Assembly (NCBI GenBank): GCA_041600695.1 | Contig: JBFIJP010000001.1 | Span: 1-55,374 of the forward strand | DNA from: Thermoplasmatota archaeon | GTDB lineage: Archaea; Thermoplasmatota; E2; JACPAO01; JAHFTW01 | Direction of reading: 5' to 3' | Length of the DNA stretch: 55,374 nt | In this document: piece after piece, positions 52,555 to 55,374 of the stretch | Layout of the letters: every line of letters begins with the position of its first letter | How positions within the stretch are numbered: the first letter of the stretch is position 1 | Translations under genes and position numbers: made by a program | Notes under the pieces: generated by a model | Databases searched by the model: none | Seen by the model: only the letters and a program-made list of their open reading frames with translations | What the model was told of the DNA's origin: nothing

Positions 52555-53226
52555 ATGGCGAAGCAATGGCACCCGTCGATGTACGACCTTCCCTATCACA
52601 AGGAGCCAGATGAAGAGATCATCCGGCAATTCATCCGGGACCACCCCTTTGCCCTGGTGTCCGGCGTCGACGCGCAGCATCGACCGGTGGCCACGCAGGT
52701 TCCGGTTCTGATGGAAGAACGCGACGGCCGTTACGTGCTTCGCGGCCACATCATGCGAAACACCGACCATCATGGCGCCTTTGCAGCCAATGAGAATGTG
52801 CTGGTGGTGTTCATGGGAAAGCATGCGTACGTGAGCGGAAGCTGGTATCGTGACCCCCACACGCCATCGACCTGGAATTACATGAGCGTCCACGCAAGGG
52901 GGACCATTCGCTTGCTCGACGGGGCGGCCATCGATGAGGTCCTCCGGGAGGCGAGCCTGCACTTTGAAGGGCAGGACGGGGCGTCGGCAACCATTTTTGA
53001 CAACCTGCCCCCGGACCTCAGGGCACGATTAACCAAGGCCATCTTGGCTTTCGAGATTCATGTGACCGACATCGACACGGTGTTCAAATTGAGCCAGGAT
53101 CGGGATCGTGACAGCTACATGAAAATCATGGAAAAATTGAAGGAAAAGGGGTCCGATGGCAAGACGGTTGCTGCCGAGATGGAAAAAAGAATGAGTCGAG
53201 TTTTTGCTACAGATGAATTGGCATGA
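52555..53226 (+). CDS. paiB: PaiB-family FMN-binding putative transcriptional regulator
   Basis: MYDLPYHKEPDEEIIRQFIRDHPFALV...ATQVPVL...L.GH.MRNTDH...VVF.G.HAYVS.SWY..P..PSTWNY..VHA.G...LSQDR is the PaiB pattern. ATG at 52555. Confidence 0.8.
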   Translation: MAKQWHPSMYDLPYHKEPDEEIIRQFIRDHPFALVSGVDAQHRPVATQVPVLMEERDGRYVLRGHIMRNTDHHGAFAANENVLVVFMGKHAYVSGSWYRDPHTPSTWNYMSVHARGTIRLLDGAAIDEVLREASLHFEGQDGASATIFDNLPPDLRARLTKAILAFEIHVTDIDTVFKLSQDRDRDSYMKIMEKLKEKGSDGKTVAAEMEKRMSRVFATDELA

Positions 53227-53705
53227 TGGCCACGATCCATCGCTGGCCAATGAATGAAAAAACCCGACATATCTCCATCCAATCCGTGGTTCTTGCGTGC
53301 CCGCCCGAAGTCCAGGTTAAGGCATTTGATCTGCACTGGAGTTTTCGCGACGGAAGCACATGGACTCTTCCGTGATTCGCAAACCATGGCACGAATACGA
53401 AACCTTACGAAACCTGCCGGGACCAGAGATATCAGGGTTATGTTGGTGCAGCCAGAAGCCATCTGTCTGCTGGACCCGTCGTGATTGAATAGGAAATCGC
53501 GACAACGAGCCATCCCAGACCAAAGATTCTATCTTGCCGGCCGTCTGTCCTTTGTTGACGGAAAAGGCCAACGCTGAAATCATCGGGCGCTGCCGGGAAA
53601 GAGCCGCCAATGGATCAATCATCTCCGAGCAGATTTCCCGACAATAACGATCAATTTCGGTCGTGTGGTGATGGCCGGTTTCGCCACGAAATGGCAGATG
53701 GAGGA

Positions 53706-54152
53706 ATGAAAATGGAATTGAAACAGCAAATCGTAAGTCGGGAGATCATTGCACACGAATTCATGGTTGCGACCCACGGCAAACTGGACCCGGAAAGAAT
53801 CGATGCCGCCATGGCAGCCATTACGGCGGCCGACACCAGCTTTCCGGCAAACGGCAGCGTCGCGAGCTTCATCTTTTACCTGCAATTTCAGGTGAATGTG
53901 ACGGGTGGGAAATCCTTCAACGGCAAGGCTGGTGGCGTGTCATCGCCTGGCGGCGGAGCCCTGATCGGCGACCTCTACACGGACGACATCGACCGCTTGT
54001 ACCGTGACACGGTCAGTTTCGAATTCCAGGCGACCCCGGTCTACACGAGCCTGCTGTTCTTCGACAGCGACAGCAACCTGCTTGGGCATTTCCAGGCCGG
54101 AGCCGTTTCGACGGTGGCCGGTGTTGGCGGCGGTAGCGGCAGTTGGTCGTGA
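53706..54152 (+). CDS. VapA/Vap-family (Rhodococcus equi virulence-associated protein family) beta-barrel protein with no signal peptide
   Basis: The C-terminal half FNGKAGGVSSPGGGALIGDLYTDDIDRLYRDTVSFEFQATPVYTSLLFFDSDSNLLGHFQAGAVSTVAGVGGGSGSWS closely parallels my recollection of VapA (FDGDAGG..PGAGAFWGTLFTNDLQRLYKDTVSFQYNAVGPYLNINFFDSSGSFLGHIQSGGVSTVVGVGGGSGSW). GGAGG precedes the ATGs at 53706 and 53712. Confidence 0.7.
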   Translation: MKMELKQQIVSREIIAHEFMVATHGKLDPERIDAAMAAITAADTSFPANGSVASFIFYLQFQVNVTGGKSFNGKAGGVSSPGGGALIGDLYTDDIDRLYRDTVSFEFQATPVYTSLLFFDSDSNLLGHFQAGAVSTVAGVGGGSGSWS

Positions 54153-54290
54153 GTCCGTAGCCAAGCAGATCGCGCGATGCGCGTCGGGCTCGCTGATTGG
54201 CTGGGCTCGATGCGCGTTGCGCCGCTGCGTTGGATCACGGCGGAGTGTTGGCTGAGCTTCCACCGGGCGACGCGGGCTCGCTTTCCATGT

Positions 54291-54971
54291 CTAGCTTGGC
54301 GTGCCTCGGTCCCCGGCGATGATGTAGATCGCCCCTTTCGGCGGTCCGTCCCCGCCCATCCTGTCGGTGACGGCGGCGAGGACATCGGGTGGCAGGGTGG
54401 ACAGGTTTGCCTCCGAGGCCGCGACCTCGATGTTCTCAAAGCCCGCCTCCTCGAGCAACCTGCTCCAGTCGGCCGGACTGCGCATGTCATTGGCGCGCGC
54501 TTCGGCATCGACCGCGTCCGTCTCGGCAATGGCCAGTCGGCCTCCGGGCCTGAGCACCGCGTAGGCGGCGGCCAGCCATGCAGGATCGGCATGGTGGGCG
54601 CCGAGCCGGCAAATGATGGCATCCCACGGCCCCGCGGGAGGGGCGAGCATGTCGCCCTCCTGGAACGAGGTGCCCGGGAAGCGATCGCTGGCGATGGCAA
54701 TCATGGCCGGGCTGGTGTCGATGCCCGTCGTCCAGGCGCCGGCCGCGGTGGCGGCTGCGGCGGTATGGCCCGGCCCGCACGCCACATCCAGAACATGATC
54801 GCCGGGCTTGACCCGCGCTGCGCGCAGCAGCGCCTGGCTCGCCTTGCCAAGTTCCGGCTCCAGGAGATCGACGACCTCGTTGTAATCCTGGGCCCGCTCC
54901 TCCCAATCGTGGTCCTCGTGGGCGTGATGGTGTCCGTGTTGGCGCTCGTCCGGGTGCTCGTGGCCGGCCAT
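54291..54971 (-). CDS. Class I SAM-dependent methyltransferase with a His-rich N-terminus
   Basis: VLDVACGPGHT (motif I), GIDTSPAMI and LRPGGRLAI. The N-terminus is MAGHEHPDERQHGHHHAHEDHD. ATG at 54971 is preferred, because a start at 55100 would abut the divergent gene's ATG. Confidence 0.75.
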   Translation of the reverse strand: MAGHEHPDERQHGHHHAHEDHDWEERAQDYNEVVDLLEPELGKASQALLRAARVKPGDHVLDVACGPGHTAAAATAAGAWTTGIDTSPAMIAIASDRFPGTSFQEGDMLAPPAGPWDAIICRLGAHHADPAWLAAAYAVLRPGGRLAIAETDAVDAEARANDMRSPADWSRLLEEAGFENIEVAASEANLSTLPPDVLAAVTDRMGGDGPPKGAIYIIAGDRGTPS

Positions 54972-55098
54972 GCAGGGCGCGCCCAGTGGGCGGGCCGCCA
55001 AATCAGTTGCCCCGTCGCGGCCGGCGACGGACCAGCCGGCTTCAAAACGGGCAGACAGGATGTCCGCCCACGGCCCCCGGCCGGGAGCTGCGTGCCGC

Positions 55099-55374
55099 AT
55101 GATTTCTTCCAATCTTGACGCCGCACTGACCCGCCTGTCCGCCAGACGCCGACGTGGAACCAACGGACCCGTGCCCACGCGACTCGTGGACACGCCGTCG
55201 GGCCGCGTGCGCCTGCACGATTCCGGATCGGACAAGCCGTGCGTGGTGCTGGTTCCCGATGGGCCCAACGTCATCGAGCATTACGCCGAATTGATTGCAC
55301 TTCTTTCCGAGAAGTTCCGGGTTGTGGTGTTTGATATGCCTGGTTTTGGCTTTTCATTTCCGCGCCGGGCTTAC
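55099..55374 (+). CDS. Alpha/beta-hydrolase-fold protein, 3' end outside the window
   Basis: An ATG at 55099 opens a frame that runs to the window end (92 codons): ...PCVVLVPDGPNVIEHYAELIALLSEKFRVVVFDMPGFGFS. This is a typical alpha/beta-hydrolase N-terminal strand pattern. It is absent from the ORF track because it has no stop. Confidence 0.6.
   Translation, partial: MISSNLDAALTRLSARRRRGTNGPVPTRLVDTPSGRVRLHDSGSDKPCVVLVPDGPNVIEHYAELIALLSEKFRVVVFDMPGFGFSFPRRAY

Noticed and set aside
53115-53622. Minus-strand ORFs between the PaiB-like and Vap-like genes.
   Set aside because: They have an odd composition (Cys/Arg/Phe-rich), no motifs, and overlap each other. They are probably in intergenic DNA.
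54972-55274. A longer methyltransferase ORF starting at 55100 or 55274.
   Set aside because: It would collide with the divergent alpha/beta-hydrolase start at 55099. The extension is Arg/Pro/Gly-rich. I chose the ATG at 54971, which precedes the His-rich segment.

Overview
This is a 55.4-kb, visibly GC-rich segment (judged by eye, not computed). It is densely packed with about 55 genes on both strands. Many antisense or Arg/Pro-rich ORFs in the six-frame track are GC artefacts and I ignored them. The host is most likely an archaeon. This is an inference from a textbook PGF-CTERM sorting signal, a DUF63-like membrane protein, and a Ubl/JAMM/E1 cluster. Bacterial-type genes are mixed in (PPi-PFK, class I aldolase, PlsC, RNase R).

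The core content has a strong sulfur and Fe-S theme:
- a complete CysO-like Ubl, Mec-like JAMM, CysM and MoeZ cluster;
- a persulfide-dioxygenase-like MBL protein;
- Mrp/NBP35 next to IscA;
- a CBS-like enzyme next to cystathionine gamma-lyase.

The rest is membrane, secreted and lipoprotein genes, two EamA transporters, threonine dehydratase, RNase R, a lysyl-oxidase homologue and a KAP-family P-loop NTPase.

Two regions look horizontally acquired:
- At 28.3-33.0 kb, a 1043-aa WD40 / Roc-type GTPase / COR-like / TIR protein plus an 0.8-kb AT-richer non-coding tail. It is bracketed by ~270-bp, ~97-98% identical direct repeats made of the 3' part of a small membrane-protein gene. One copy is intact and one is a truncated pseudogene.
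- At 47.1-54.3 kb, an AT-richer mosaic island. It carries a Gabija-like OLD-nuclease/UvrD-helicase pair, an orphan 161-aa protein, a DDE transposase remnant, a PaiB-family protein and a VapA-family (Rhodococcus equi Vap-like) protein.

I found no rRNA, tRNA or CRISPR array. All family calls rest on motifs read by eye. No database search was run.
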